Shown here piece by piece: positions 47,927 to 60,113 of a stretch of 64,000 bases of DNA. The stretch is from Gammaproteobacteria bacterium (GTDB lineage: Bacteria; Pseudomonadota; Gammaproteobacteria; Eutrophobiales; Eutrophobiaceae), in NCBI GenBank assembly GCA_965243105.1, contig CBDEUC010000003.1, positions 972,793 through 1,036,792 of the forward strand. The letters run 5' to 3'. Under the pieces are notes generated by a model. That model did no database searches, had not been told where the DNA came from, and saw only the letters and a program-made list of their open reading frames with translations. The translations under genes were made by a program, and so were the position numbers. Within the stretch, counting starts at the first letter, position 1. Every line of letters begins with the position of its first letter.

Positions 47927-49287
47927 AGACTGAGTCCAAGTAGCACGAATACAATAGACGCCAGCCCGGCGGCCACCAGCGCATAGGGTAACTGCGACAG
48001 CGCGTGCTCCATCACGTTCAAACCACTGCTCTGCGAAGACAGTACCGTGGCATCACCATAGAAACAGGCATGGCTGCCAAACGAGCTCGCGGATATCAAC
48101 GCGCCGATGACCAGGGGCAAGGGTGAACCCACCGCGTTGGCCAGCGGCATGATGATAGGAATGGCAATGGCAAACACACCCCAGGAGGAGCCCGTGGCAA
48201 AGGATATCAGGGCCATGGTCCAGAATGTCACCACCGGCAGCAAGGCCGTCGACATGTAGGGTTGCACGCTTCCGATAACATACTGCGGCAGGCCCAGCTC
48301 ATCATTAACAGTCTTGAACATGAACGCGGCAACAACGATGGCCAGTGGTGGAATCATGATCTTGAAACCTTCCATGACACAGTCCAGCGCTTCTCTCGCT
48401 TTTAACAACCTGTACATGACAAGGGCCGGTATGGTCACAGCCAGCGTCGCCATGATGCCCTTGAGTAAATCAATATCAAAGTAGACGGAAAATAAGATCA
48501 GGCATAACAGCGGGCCAAGAAAAACCCAGGGGTTTGTGCGCGCCCTGGCTTCATCGCTGATGTCCTGCCCGACGTTTTCAATCGCGTCCACCGGTTCCAT
48601 GGCAAGCACGCCGTCGCTGGCCATGTTCTCTGCCTTTTTCATCAGGCCCAGCAGGGGAAAACGCCCGGTGGCAACCAGTGGCACAAGAAAAAGCGCAATC
48701 AAGGGGTAGGCCATGAAAGGGATACCGGAGATGTAAAGCGACATGCCTTCACCTTTTCCCGCAGCGCCAACAGATTCCAGTACACCGGCAAAGAACACCG
48801 CCCAGGTAGAGATAGGCACCAGCACGCAGGTGGGCGCTGCGGTTGAATCCACCACGTAGGACAACATCGCCCTTGATACCCTGAAGCGATCGGTCACCTT
48901 CTTCATGGCAGAACCGATGGCAATGGCATTGAGGTAGTCGTCGATAAAGATCAGCATGCCAAGAAACCAGGTCACCAGCAGTGACCTGTTGCGGGTGTTT
49001 GCCTTTTTTGCCATGGATTCGGCAAAGGCATTGGCGCCCCCGGTCCTGATAAGCAGGTAAACCAGGCTGCCCATCAGGCCGCAGACCATGATCACCCAGC
49101 CCACGGTTTCATCACGCATCACCGCCAGGTTGATATCGGCAATGCCGCCGATAATATTTGAAGGGTCAAGCATCACCACGCCGACAATCACCCCGGTCAG
49201 CAGCGCTGCCACGGGTCGATGGGTCAGCACTGCCGTTGTTATCACAACGACGGTGGGTAGCAGGCTGGCTATTCCGTAGTTTTCCAT
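47923..49287 (-). CDS. NhaC-family (Na+/H+ antiporter-like, possibly amino-acid) transporter
   Basis: IFIDDY.N, VDSTAAP, P.STW, SFATGSSWG, FGSH motifs. Confidence 0.85.
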   Translation of the reverse strand: MENYGIASLLPTVVVITTAVLTHRPVAALLTGVIVGVVMLDPSNIIGGIADINLAVMRDETVGWVIMVCGLMGSLVYLLIRTGGANAFAESMAKKANTRNRSLLVTWFLGMLIFIDDYLNAIAIGSAMKKVTDRFRVSRAMLSYVVDSTAAPTCVLVPISTWAVFFAGVLESVGAAGKGEGMSLYISGIPFMAYPLIALFLVPLVATGRFPLLGLMKKAENMASDGVLAMEPVDAIENVGQDISDEARARTNPWVFLGPLLCLILFSVYFDIDLLKGIMATLAVTIPALVMYRLLKAREALDCVMEGFKIMIPPLAIVVAAFMFKTVNDELGLPQYVIGSVQPYMSTALLPVVTFWTMALISFATGSSWGVFAIAIPIIMPLANAVGSPLPLVIGALISASSFGSHACFYGDATVLSSQSSGLNVMEHALSQLPYALVAAGLASIVFVLLGLSL

Positions 49288-49369
49288 TGCACCTGTGCTC
49301 GTGGATATTTCACTATTATTTCACATTATTCTTGATAAGCTGCTTTTAGCAAACCAGGAGTCCCATTCC

Positions 49370-50083
49370 TTGCATCTTTCAATTTTACTCGTCGAAGATA
49401 ACCCGGTTATTGCCCAGCAGCTAACTGAATTTCTTGAAGGGCACAGTTGGAGCGTTGATTACGCTGACAACGGTGGCCTGGGTGTGAAGCTGGGAACAGA
49501 AAATATCTACGACGTGATTATCCTTGACCTCAATTTACCGGACATCGACGGTCTCGAGGTATGCGAGCGAATAAAGGAGAAGGCACAGACCAATCCACCG
49601 GTATTGATGCTGACGGCGCGGGACGCCTTTGAAGACAAGGCAAGGGGCTATGGTAAGGGCGCAGACGACTACGTCACCAAGCCTTTTGAGTTTCGTGAGC
49701 TGGCACTGCGTTGCCAGGCACTGGCACGCCGCAGGCAGCTGCACCAGGACAAGACCATCAGTATTGGCCCCCTCACGATCGACGAGTCAAACCACAGCGC
49801 AACGCGCGAAGAGCAGGAACTTAAACTCACCAATATTGGTTTTACCATTTTGCTTACACTGGCAAGGGCGCATCCAAAACCGGTCAGTCGAAGCGCGCTC
49901 ATGCATACGCTCTGGGGTGATGAGCCGCCCGATACTGACGCACTGCGCAGCCATATTTACAGCCTGCGCGCGGCACTGGATAAACCCTTTGAAAAGGCCA
50001 TGTTGAAAACCATTACCAACGTTGGCTTCAGGCTCGAATATGACAACGACCATCACACGTCATCCCATAACACGTCATCTTAG
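49370..50083 (+). CDS. OmpR-family response regulator
   Basis: LLVED, ILDLNLP, LMLTARD, GADDY.TKPF and a winged helix; TTG start after AGGAG. Confidence 0.92.
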   Translation: MHLSILLVEDNPVIAQQLTEFLEGHSWSVDYADNGGLGVKLGTENIYDVIILDLNLPDIDGLEVCERIKEKAQTNPPVLMLTARDAFEDKARGYGKGADDYVTKPFEFRELALRCQALARRRQLHQDKTISIGPLTIDESNHSATREEQELKLTNIGFTILLTLARAHPKPVSRSALMHTLWGDEPPDTDALRSHIYSLRAALDKPFEKAMLKTITNVGFRLEYDNDHHTSSHNTSS

Positions 50084-51314
50084 AACCAGGGTATTCCTGC
50101 TCTTTGGTGGCTTTACCCTGGTACTGTCACTGGCCTATTCCGGGATCAGTATCATGGTGGCCTATGCCGTGGAGGACTCGGTGCTGGACGCGGTGGTCGA
50201 ACAGGAAAGCGCCTTTATCGAGAACAGCTACAGGGAATCGGGCGAACTCGTCGAGCCGAGGGTAAATTACATGGAGGTCTATGCTGAGCTTGAAACAGCA
50301 CCCCGGGTCATTCGCGATACCCTTGAGAAAAGCCCGGGGGCGAGGGAAGTGTTTACCGACGATGACAGGCATTACCACGTCAAGTACCTGGCGCTTGAGA
50401 ATGCTGCCCCGGCCCTGCTGGTGGCCGAGGTGACGCCGCTGCTGATCGTGTCCAACCTCTCGTTTGAAATCCTTTTCCTGCTAATGCTGATACTGCTTGC
50501 GGGCATGCTCATCGCGGTCTGGCTGGCCTACCGTATCGCCGGCTACACCACGCAACCTGTGCAGGTGCTGGCAGCAACGGTGTCAAGCAACGAGGAAACC
50601 GATGACCCCCTGCAACTCCCGGGCACCGACACTGGTGATGAACTCGCCTACCTGGCGAGCACCATTGAACGTTCTCTCAACCACCTCAAGCTGGCGTTAA
50701 AAAGGGAAAGTGACTTTACCCGGGATGTCAGTCACGAACTGCGAACACCACTCACGGTGATCAAGAATGTGCTGGCCCTTGCCGAGCAAAGGCCGGTGTC
50801 CGCGCAGGACCGCCAGCAGTTGGAACAGGCCAGCAGGCAAATTGAACGCACCGTGGAAACACTACTTACCCTGGCGCGGGAAGAGTCCCTCGACATGGAG
50901 CGCCTGGCGATTCGCCCGCTCATCGAGGAGTGCTTTCTTGCCATGCACCAGGAACCCGGGGTGAACGAGTTCAAGCTTGACCTTGATGTGCCTGACGGCC
51001 TTGAGATTGAAGCCAACCGGCAGCTGCTCAACCTGCTTTTCAACAACCTGCTTGAAAATGCCATTCATCATGCCAGTGAACCCGGGCTGAGAATATTCCT
51101 GCAGGACGATGCCCTGGTGCTTGAGAACCCCATGCAGGGTGAACTGGTGGACAATATCTTCAAGCAGGATAAAAAGGGCCTGAGTAGCCGTGGCCTGGGT
51201 CATGGTCTTTACCTTGTCGAGCGAATCGTGAACACGCTGGGCTGGCAATGCCATGCAAGCCTGGAACAGGGCCAGTACCAATTTCACCTCCAGCTACCGA
51301 GAAGCAACGCCTAA
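50040..51314 (+). CDS. Sensor histidine kinase (HAMP-HisKA-HATPase)
   Basis: Two TM helices, DEL..LA, SHELRTPL, NLLENA, GLGHGL.LV. Confidence 0.92.
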   Translation: MTTTITRHPITRHLRTRVFLLFGGFTLVLSLAYSGISIMVAYAVEDSVLDAVVEQESAFIENSYRESGELVEPRVNYMEVYAELETAPRVIRDTLEKSPGAREVFTDDDRHYHVKYLALENAAPALLVAEVTPLLIVSNLSFEILFLLMLILLAGMLIAVWLAYRIAGYTTQPVQVLAATVSSNEETDDPLQLPGTDTGDELAYLASTIERSLNHLKLALKRESDFTRDVSHELRTPLTVIKNVLALAEQRPVSAQDRQQLEQASRQIERTVETLLTLAREESLDMERLAIRPLIEECFLAMHQEPGVNEFKLDLDVPDGLEIEANRQLLNLLFNNLLENAIHHASEPGLRIFLQDDALVLENPMQGELVDNIFKQDKKGLSSRGLGHGLYLVERIVNTLGWQCHASLEQGQYQFHLQLPRSNA

Positions 51315-51327
51315 ATTTACCGAGAAA

Positions 51328-51356
51328 TTTCACGCGATATTTCACATCCGTTTCAC
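51328..51356 (+). promoter_or_regulatory. TTTCAC direct repeats, candidate site for the adjacent OmpR-family regulator
   Basis: TTTCAC at 51328, 51340 and 51351 (11-12 bp period), upstream of the DJ-1/PfpI gene. Confidence 0.45.
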
Positions 51357-51400
51357 CTTCTCCGCTTCATCCTGAAAGCATGAACAAGTGGAGAACGACA

Positions 51401-52525
51401 ATGTTGAAAAAAATATCAATTTCATTAGCAGTTTGTGCCCTGGTTGCCGTTGGCATGATTGCCTGGCTGCAAAGCATGATTCCCGGAACCGAGGAGCGCG
51501 CCGCTCTAAAGCAATCCAGCGCTGCTGACATTCCCTACCTGCAAAATGCCATCAAGGCTGACAGGGGAAGAATACTCGCAGTGGTCACAAGCACCGATAC
51601 CATGGGTGAGAGTGGCAAATCCACCGGCTTTGAACTTACAGAACTGGCGCGCGCCTACTATGTGTTCACGGCCAATGGTTTCGAGGTGGACATTGCCAGT
51701 CCTTCCGGCGGTGAACCGCCCATGGTGATCGATGGTGACGACATGGGCACCTATGACTACGCCTTTCTGAACGACGACGAGGCACAGGCAAAGCTGACCA
51801 ACTCAATCCCGCTGGACGAGGTGCACAGCGATGACTACGCAGCGCTTTATTTTGTCGGTGGCAAGGGTGCCATGTTTGATTTCCCGGACAATGACGAGAT
51901 CAAGACCCTGGTTGCTGATGTATACCAGGCGGGAGGCGTGATCGCCGCCGTGTGTCACGGGCCCGCGGCACTGGTCAACGTAAAACTGCATGACGGTACA
52001 GACCTGCTGGCAAACAAGCGGGTCAGCAGCTTTACCAACGAGGAAGAACTCTTCCTCATCCCCGACGCAAGGGATGTGTTTCCTTTTTTGCTTGAAGACG
52101 GTCTGGTTAATAGCGGTGCCAGCTTTGAAGCGGGGCCACGTTACCTCGAGCAGGTCAGCAACGATTCAAGGATAGTCACCGGTCAAAATCCCTGGTCAGT
52201 GTGGGCCATGGCAGACACGACAGTGCGAGAGCTGGGCTACGAGCCACTGCCACGTACAGTCACGGCAGAAGAAAACAGTATCAGCGTGCTACAGGCCTAC
52301 GAGCTTGAAGGTTTTGGTGAAGCGAATTCCCTGCTCAAGCAGCTGAAAACGGAGCCGGAGCAATCCATTGATCGCCTGCTGATTGCCATGCACGGTATCG
52401 TCGCCGCCATGGACTGGGAGCTGATCAAGCTAATTCAACTGCTGCGACTGCTGATTATCGCCGGTGATGAGAACATCGCCGCGCTGAGCCCGGTCGACAC
52501 CCTGCCCCATTCCTACGTCGCCTGA
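51401..52525 (+). CDS. DJ-1/PfpI (class I glutamine amidotransferase-like) protein with N-terminal membrane/signal segment
   Basis: TGFE..EL, ASP.GG, GG.GAMFD, AVCHGPAAL, TGQNP.S. Confidence 0.85.
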   Translation: MLKKISISLAVCALVAVGMIAWLQSMIPGTEERAALKQSSAADIPYLQNAIKADRGRILAVVTSTDTMGESGKSTGFELTELARAYYVFTANGFEVDIASPSGGEPPMVIDGDDMGTYDYAFLNDDEAQAKLTNSIPLDEVHSDDYAALYFVGGKGAMFDFPDNDEIKTLVADVYQAGGVIAAVCHGPAALVNVKLHDGTDLLANKRVSSFTNEEELFLIPDARDVFPFLLEDGLVNSGASFEAGPRYLEQVSNDSRIVTGQNPWSVWAMADTTVRELGYEPLPRTVTAEENSISVLQAYELEGFGEANSLLKQLKTEPEQSIDRLLIAMHGIVAAMDWELIKLIQLLRLLIIAGDENIAALSPVDTLPHSYVA

Positions 52526-52667
52526 GCAGGCCTTCTTTGAAACACCCACAAGCCGCCTGGTCTTCATGGCCAGGCGGCACCAGTTGACAGCAAAATGTGA
52601 ATTTATTGCAAAGCACCCGGTCAAAGCTCCGTCTGTTCAAAAAAAACCTGCAGGTGGAAAAAATAAA

Positions 52668-53342
52668 ATGCATAAAATCCAGCTAGTTAGCTTTCTTGTA
52701 ATTGTTCTTTCATGGCTACCCCTGTCGGTCCAGGCAGAGAACCTTCAACTACCTTCACGCACCAAGGAAAACGCGGTTACCGCCACGGCGGACCTGGGCA
52801 CACTGGACGGTGAGCTGGGTTTGAAAGTGGGTCACCAGGTACCTCCCTTTACCTCCTACACCTCGGAAGGCCAGTCTATCTCACTTGACGAGCTGCTCGG
52901 TGAAGGCAAGTCGATGTTTTTCTTTTATCGCGGTGGCTGGTGCCCCTACTGCAACTACCAGATCCGCATGCTGAGCCTGGCCTACAACAAGTTTGCAAAA
53001 AAGGGCGTCACGCCTGTTGCAGTGAGTGTCGACACTTCTGAAGGTGCAACGCTGGCCAAGAAAGGTTACGAGGTCCCGTTTACCGTGCTGAGTGATTCCA
53101 GTCTCGATGCACAGAAAGCCTTTAACGTGTTAATCAAGGTGGATGATACCACCTACGAAAGATACAAGGGCTACGGTGTCGATCTTGAACAATGGTCAGG
53201 CCAGGATCACCACATGATCGCAGCACCCGCGGTTGTGCTGGTCGGCGAAGACAGGACGGTGCTGTGGTCCCACGTGTCGCGCGATTACAAGACACGCCCA
53301 AGCGTCGAACAGTTACTTGGCGTGATAGACAGTCACCCCTGA
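52668..53342 (+). CDS. Exported peroxiredoxin-like (AhpC/TSA) protein
   Basis: Signal peptide; FYRGGWCPYCN.Q; F.VLSD. Confidence 0.85.
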   Translation: MHKIQLVSFLVIVLSWLPLSVQAENLQLPSRTKENAVTATADLGTLDGELGLKVGHQVPPFTSYTSEGQSISLDELLGEGKSMFFFYRGGWCPYCNYQIRMLSLAYNKFAKKGVTPVAVSVDTSEGATLAKKGYEVPFTVLSDSSLDAQKAFNVLIKVDDTTYERYKGYGVDLEQWSGQDHHMIAAPAVVLVGEDRTVLWSHVSRDYKTRPSVEQLLGVIDSHP

Positions 53343-53348
53343 GCAGGA

Positions 53349-54848
<1,500 letters not shown>

Positions 54849-54917
54849 GGGGCTACATGGTCGACCAAATTGAAGGTGACGGCAAGCTAAAAAGCCACCT
54901 GCCGTAACTGCTTTCGA

Positions 54918-55979
54918 CTAGCGCGCGGCGACTTCCTTGTTGAGGATCTTCACCACGCTACCGTCACGCAATCGCTCGGCACCACGAATGACCACTTCAT
55001 CACCGGAAACGAGATCGCCTTCCACGGCCACGTGTGTACCGGCACCCTCGCTGGTTACTACGTCCACCTGGCGCGCGGTATCTTCCTTGTCCACCTTGAA
55101 CACGTAGGTCCGACCATTGCGTAATACCAGTGCATCACGGGGTACCGTGAGTCGCTGGCTGGCCTTGCCATTACTCAGGGCCACGCGCACCGCCTCACCA
55201 ATAATCCAGTGAGCCCTTTTAAACTCGAGTCGAAGCTGTAGCATGCGCGAGTTGTCATCACCCACCGGCACAACGGTGCGGACTCGAGTATCGATCTGTT
55301 CATCGTGGTTCTTTACACCAACCATGTCGCCCGCCTTGACGTGGCGCGCTACCTTGATCGGTGCCTGCACACGGATTTCAAGATCTTCTGTATTAACAAG
55401 CCTGACCACGTCATCGGAATTGGACAGGTATTCACCGGGCTGGCGCATGCGCTCAACCACCACGCCGTCAAAGGGAGCCGTGATGCGCGTGCGGTTGATA
55501 TCGTAAAGCGTGCGCTCGATATTCACCTGCGCGGCCTGGATCTGCTGGCCCAGCATATCCCGTTCCGCACTCATCTGGTCCAGCTCGGCTTCCGCGGCAC
55601 TGTTTGAGCTCGCCAGTTTTCCCAGGCGCTTTACCTGTCTTTCCAGGTATTCCCTGCGCGCTTCAAGCCGTTTTTTCTCCGCGCGATTGTTTCGCAGCTG
55701 CAGCTGCAGTTCCCTGTCATTTACGCTGGCAAGTACTTCACCTGCCTTGAAGCGATCCCCCACCTCGGCCACTGACAGCAGCTTGCCGGAGACTTCCGCT
55801 GCAATACGGGAGTCATGGCGACTGATCACCGTACCCGGTACCCAGAGCGCAGGACTGACCAGCTCGGTGCGGGCGTTGGATGTTTCAACTGCGACACTTC
55901 GTGGTGCCTGTGCCTGCAGCGCCAGCGGCGCCAGCATCAATATAAGGCCGGGCAGGTAATAACTTTTCATATGTTTCAT
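54918..55979 (-). CDS. RND efflux membrane fusion protein
   Basis: Signal peptide, AEVSG, coiled coil, I.APFDGVV, VPR.A, GD.VV..G. Start placed at ATG 55979. Confidence 0.9.
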   Translation of the reverse strand: MKHMKSYYLPGLILMLAPLALQAQAPRSVAVETSNARTELVSPALWVPGTVISRHDSRIAAEVSGKLLSVAEVGDRFKAGEVLASVNDRELQLQLRNNRAEKKRLEARREYLERQVKRLGKLASSNSAAEAELDQMSAERDMLGQQIQAAQVNIERTLYDINRTRITAPFDGVVVERMRQPGEYLSNSDDVVRLVNTEDLEIRVQAPIKVARHVKAGDMVGVKNHDEQIDTRVRTVVPVGDDNSRMLQLRLEFKRAHWIIGEAVRVALSNGKASQRLTVPRDALVLRNGRTYVFKVDKEDTARQVDVVTSEGAGTHVAVEGDLVSGDEVVIRGAERLRDGSVVKILNKEVAAR

Positions 55980-56010
55980 CGCTTTCACTCTCTCCGTAAT
56001 ATCACGAAAC

Positions 56011-59000
56011 TCAGGCGACAGACTCGAGCCTGGGTTTCTCCTTCTCTTTTTTATCTTCAACCTCGGGCAGCAATACCGGCTGGTGTGCTCCCATGCGTAA
56101 AAAGCACGGCAGCAGGACCAGGGTAAACAGCGTGCTGACACACATGCCACCGACAATTACCGCGGCAAGACCGCGATAGATAACGCTACCTTCACCGGGT
56201 ATCAGCAGCAGCGGCAGCATGCCAAAGATACTCGTCAATGTACTCATGAATATGGGCCTCAAGCGTAAACGAAGAGCCTGTTCCACCGCGTGGTGACGGT
56301 TCAGCCCTTCGCGCTCTGCGCTTCTTGTCTGGTGCACCAGCAGGATAGCGTTGTTGACCACCAGCCCAAGCAGGATAACAAAACCGATCATGGTAAGAAG
56401 ATCCAGTGGCTGGAAGCTCACCAGGTTGAGCAGGTACATGGCAACCACGCCACCCACCGTGGCCAGTGGCATGGCCAGCACCACCAGCAGGCTGTCCTTC
56501 ATGGAACGAAACAGCGCGCTCATCAGCAGGAAGAGAATCAACAGCGCCATGGCAAAGTTTTCACTCATGGTGCGTATGGCTTTCTTGAGATTATCCGCAC
56601 TGCCACCGTAAAGAATACTGCCTTCCTGTGGCAGGGCCGCTTCGATCTTTGGCTGTACCTCGGCACGAATCGTGGAAATGGCTTTTTCCAGCGACATGGT
56701 TTCAGGTGGTGTCACGCCAAGGGTGATGGTGCGCTTGCGGTCCACGCGACGGATCTGATCCGGACCCACGGTACGGTCAATCTTTACCAGTTCAGCCAGT
56801 GGCACGATACCGGCACCCGGGGTAAACATCGGCATGGTGCCAAGCTCTTCCGGCGTCTCCCAGGTTTCCGCGCGCAGGATAATATCCATGCGTTTTACAC
56901 CGTCAAAGTATTCGCCGACATAGAGCCCGTCACCCAGGGTTCGAATCACCGTACCCAGCTGCGCGCGGCTCCAGCCTTTTTCCATGATGCTGCGATCGTC
57001 AGGGATCAGTCTCAGTTCCGGCTCAGCCTGTTGCAGTCCCGGCTCCGGTCTTACCCTGGCTTCCGGCAGTGCCTCGTTCAACCAGCCCATGGCCTGCATA
57101 GCCACCTGCTCAAGCACTTTTGGATCGTTTGACTGGATGTGCACCGGTATGTCACGACCACCGCCAAAGCCACCAAAGAGATCTCCCTGGCCATTGTAGG
57201 AAACAAAGTCAGGTATATCCGAAGTGATCTCTTGATTGATAATCTCTTCCAGCTCTTTCACACGCGACTGGTCTTTTACCCGCACGCCCATGGTGCCACC
57301 ACTTGGCCACAGCAGGATGTAATAGTTTTTCAGGGCCGGTTCTTTCTCACCATTCATGTAGGGTTGCAGGCGTTCCTCGATCTTTTGCACCACGTCGACG
57401 TTGATGGTTTCCAGGTTGGTCGCCGGTGGCAACTGGAAGAAAGCATCAATGGCGTCACGCTTGACCGGTGGCAGGTAGTCCAGCTCCGGCATCAGCTTTA
57501 TCGTGGTAACAATAGGTATGGTCAGCAGTACCGCGATCAGCGCGTAGCGTTTCATGGGCGTGCTGGTAATCGCCATCACCTTGTTGGTAAGGAAGTTCCA
57601 CGTCGCTGCATGCTTGTCTTCAAGCTTTATGTCACCCAGCCACTTGCTGGTGAGCAGCGGAATGACCGTGATCGCCGTGATAAGTGAAATACTTACCGCG
57701 ATGGCAATGGTCAGTGCAAGATCGCCAAACAATTGTCCTTCAACATCCTTCAGGAATACCACCGGGATAAAAATCGCCACCGTGGTCAGCGTCGATGCAA
57801 GCAGGGCTCCCCACACCTGGCTGGTGCCCTTTTGTGCACTATCAAAGGGACTCCTGCCCTGCTCGCGCAGGCGCACCACGTTTTCAAGCACCACGATTGC
57901 TGCATCAAGCACCATGCCAACGGCAAAGGCGAGACCGGCCAGGGAAATCACGTTGAGGGTACGGCCGGTAAGATGCAGCACCACGAAGGTACTCAATAGC
58001 GATACCGGTATTGCCAGCGCAATGATCAGCGTCGCGCGAAAGCGCCTGAGAAACCACCACAGCACGCCCACCGCCAGCAGCACCCCGATCAGTAGATTGC
58101 TGGTAACGAGGCCAATGGCGCGGTAAATAAACACCGAGGCGTCAAAGGACTGGATCATCACCAGGTTTCTTTCCTTCAGGGGCCCGGCATTGAGTTCTTC
58201 GATCACTTCCTTGACGCGGTTCAGCGTCGCAAGTGCGTTGGCCCCGTTCTCCCTGTCCACGCGAATACCAATGGCGGGATTACCATTCTGGGTCGCCAGG
58301 GATCGGCGATCGGGTAACTGTACCTTTACTTCCGCAATATCCCCGAGGGTGATGGGTCGTCCATCGCGCCATTCAAGCAGCTGCTGGTGCAGGGATTCGG
58401 GGTCAAAGCGTCCAGCGTAGCGCAGGGTAAAACGACGTCGACCGATATCCACCTGACCGCCGGAAATGTTGTCGGCACGACCGATGGTCTGGATCACGTC
58501 GGTCATGGAGATACCCAGCTCCGCCGCGCGGTAGGGATCAAAGATGATCTGTACTTCCTCGGTTTCGCGGCCCGCTCCCTGCACGCCGGCACGGCTGACA
58601 CCGGGCACGGACTCAATCGCCGGACTGATAACATCGTCGACGTAGGAAATATAATCTGATACCGGGGTATCGTTGCCCGGTAGCACCTGCAGGAAGAACC
58701 ATGACAGCGCCGGGGTACCGCCGTCCCAGCCACCGAGGTTAATTACAGGCTGATCCGCATCCCTCGGTAAAGGCGGCAGTCGATTCATGCGGCTGATCAC
58801 CTCCACCATGGTTTTCTGCATATCGGTTTCGATATCAAAGGTGAGGTTGATCCAGGCAAAGCCGGCGTTGGCGGTGGCTTCCATTTCCTTTACACCCGGC
58901 AGGCCCTGCAGTACCTCTTCAATGGGTTCAATGATTTCCGCTTCCATTTCACTGGGCGAGGCAGCACGCCAGCTTGTCTGGATATTTATTTTTGGATTTT

Positions 59001-59199
59001 CAACATCGGGAAACAGCTGGATGGGGAGTTTCAGCAGGCTGAAAGCGCCAAACACCAGCACAATGGCGAGCATTGCGGCGGCGGCGGCGGGATTGCGCAG
59101 GGCGTTCGTGGTCAGGCTCATCCAGCCTCCTTCAGCAGGCGTGGATCCTGATTCTAGCAGTTCAGGTGAATTGTTGCCTTTATCCATGTGCAGGCTCAA
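56011..59199 (-). CDS. RND efflux permease (AcrB/MdtB-like)
   Basis: LP..LFPD, LNVISLAGLAFAVGMVLDAAIVVLEN, GLVVNNAILLV, RLRPIFM. Start may be 59187 or 59121. Confidence 0.93.
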   Translation of the reverse strand: MSLHMDKGNNSPELLESGSTPAEGGWMSLTTNALRNPAAAAAMLAIVLVFGAFSLLKLPIQLFPDVENPKINIQTSWRAASPSEMEAEIIEPIEEVLQGLPGVKEMEATANAGFAWINLTFDIETDMQKTMVEVISRMNRLPPLPRDADQPVINLGGWDGGTPALSWFFLQVLPGNDTPVSDYISYVDDVISPAIESVPGVSRAGVQGAGRETEEVQIIFDPYRAAELGISMTDVIQTIGRADNISGGQVDIGRRRFTLRYAGRFDPESLHQQLLEWRDGRPITLGDIAEVKVQLPDRRSLATQNGNPAIGIRVDRENGANALATLNRVKEVIEELNAGPLKERNLVMIQSFDASVFIYRAIGLVTSNLLIGVLLAVGVLWWFLRRFRATLIIALAIPVSLLSTFVVLHLTGRTLNVISLAGLAFAVGMVLDAAIVVLENVVRLREQGRSPFDSAQKGTSQVWGALLASTLTTVAIFIPVVFLKDVEGQLFGDLALTIAIAVSISLITAITVIPLLTSKWLGDIKLEDKHAATWNFLTNKVMAITSTPMKRYALIAVLLTIPIVTTIKLMPELDYLPPVKRDAIDAFFQLPPATNLETINVDVVQKIEERLQPYMNGEKEPALKNYYILLWPSGGTMGVRVKDQSRVKELEEIINQEITSDIPDFVSYNGQGDLFGGFGGGRDIPVHIQSNDPKVLEQVAMQAMGWLNEALPEARVRPEPGLQQAEPELRLIPDDRSIMEKGWSRAQLGTVIRTLGDGLYVGEYFDGVKRMDIILRAETWETPEELGTMPMFTPGAGIVPLAELVKIDRTVGPDQIRRVDRKRTITLGVTPPETMSLEKAISTIRAEVQPKIEAALPQEGSILYGGSADNLKKAIRTMSENFAMALLILFLLMSALFRSMKDSLLVVLAMPLATVGGVVAMYLLNLVSFQPLDLLTMIGFVILLGLVVNNAILLVHQTRSAEREGLNRHHAVEQALRLRLRPIFMSTLTSIFGMLPLLLIPGEGSVIYRGLAAVIVGGMCVSTLFTLVLLPCFLRMGAHQPVLLPEVEDKKEKEKPRLESVA

Positions 59200-59237
59200 T
59201 GGGTTAGCGGTGTAAAGCCTTTATATCACTGGCTTTA

Positions 59238-59288
59238 GATGAATGGAGACTGACTTGCGGTGAAACGACTGACCGCTGCGATAAGTGG
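59238..59288 (-). promoter_or_regulatory. Three LytTR-type 9-bp direct repeats with 12-bp spacers upstream of the RND genes
   Basis: Minus strand CCACTTATC, CGTTTCACC and CCATTCATC at an exact 21-bp period (59280, 59259, 59238). Confidence 0.65.
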
Positions 59289-59303
59289 TTCCGGGGACGG
59301 TTA

Positions 59304-60113
59304 TCAGCTAAAGAATCTCTCTATCTTCTTTTTATACGTGCGCGACATCTTGAGACGTTCGCCGCCCTTGAGAAAAAGATGAAACTCACCGTTAATATGG
59401 CTGCAGATTTTCTCCACCCGTTCCAGGTTAACCAGCGTCGAGCGATGCACGCGCTGAAACAGTGCCGGGTCGAGCTGGGACTCCAGCTGCTTCATGGTGA
59501 TGCGCATGACGTGGATCTGATCCTTTGCATGCAGGCACATGTAGTCACCCGCGGCGTCCACCCACTCAATATCCTTTACCGGTAACAGGGTGATTTCACC
59601 GGAATCCTTGATGGCAATCTTGTCCGGGTACTCCGGTGGCATCTCGGCACCCTCTTCAAGCCACTTTTGCATCTCGCAGGGGGCCTGCCCGGTAATATCA
59701 CCAATGACCTTGAGCAGGCGCTGCTTGTCATTGGCATCGCTCTTCTGTGTCAGCTGTTCCCTTGCCCGTTGCAGGGCACGCTCCAGGTGCTCCTCGTCCA
59801 CTGGCTTGAGAATGTAATCGATGGCGTGCACGTCAAAAGCCTTTACCGCGTACTGGTCAAAGGCCGTGGCAAATACCACCAGCGGCATGTCGTCACCCTG
59901 TAACTGGCGCACGACTTCAAAGCCGTCGACACCGGGCATCTGGATATCCAGGAAAACAAGATCCGGATCCAGCTCGGGAATGGCTTTCAGCGCTTCCCGG
60001 CCATTGGCACATTCGCCAACAATGTTGACGTCTTCGTGCTTTTCAAGACGCAACTGCAGGCCGCGCCGGGCCAGTGCCTCGTCATCGACGATCAACGTGT
60101 TGATGGCATTCAC
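59304..60113 (-). CDS. LytTR-family response regulator
   Basis: IVDDE.LAR, FLDIQMP, TAFDQYA..AF, DY.LKP, F.RVHRS.LVN. Confidence 0.93.
   Translation of the reverse strand: MNAINTLIVDDEALARRGLQLRLEKHEDVNIVGECANGREALKAIPELDPDLVFLDIQMPGVDGFEVVRQLQGDDMPLVVFATAFDQYAVKAFDVHAIDYILKPVDEEHLERALQRAREQLTQKSDANDKQRLLKVIGDITGQAPCEMQKWLEEGAEMPPEYPDKIAIKDSGEITLLPVKDIEWVDAAGDYMCLHAKDQIHVMRITMKQLESQLDPALFQRVHRSTLVNLERVEKICSHINGEFHLFLKGGERLKMSRTYKKKIERFFS

Noticed and set aside
52552-52578. Strong hairpin GCCGCCTGGTC-TTCAT-GGCCAGGCGGC
   Set aside because: Single copy with no adjacent U-tract; probably a terminator or stabiliser, not enough to call.
56290-57132. 280-aa plus-strand ORF
   Set aside because: Antisense shadow of the RND permease.
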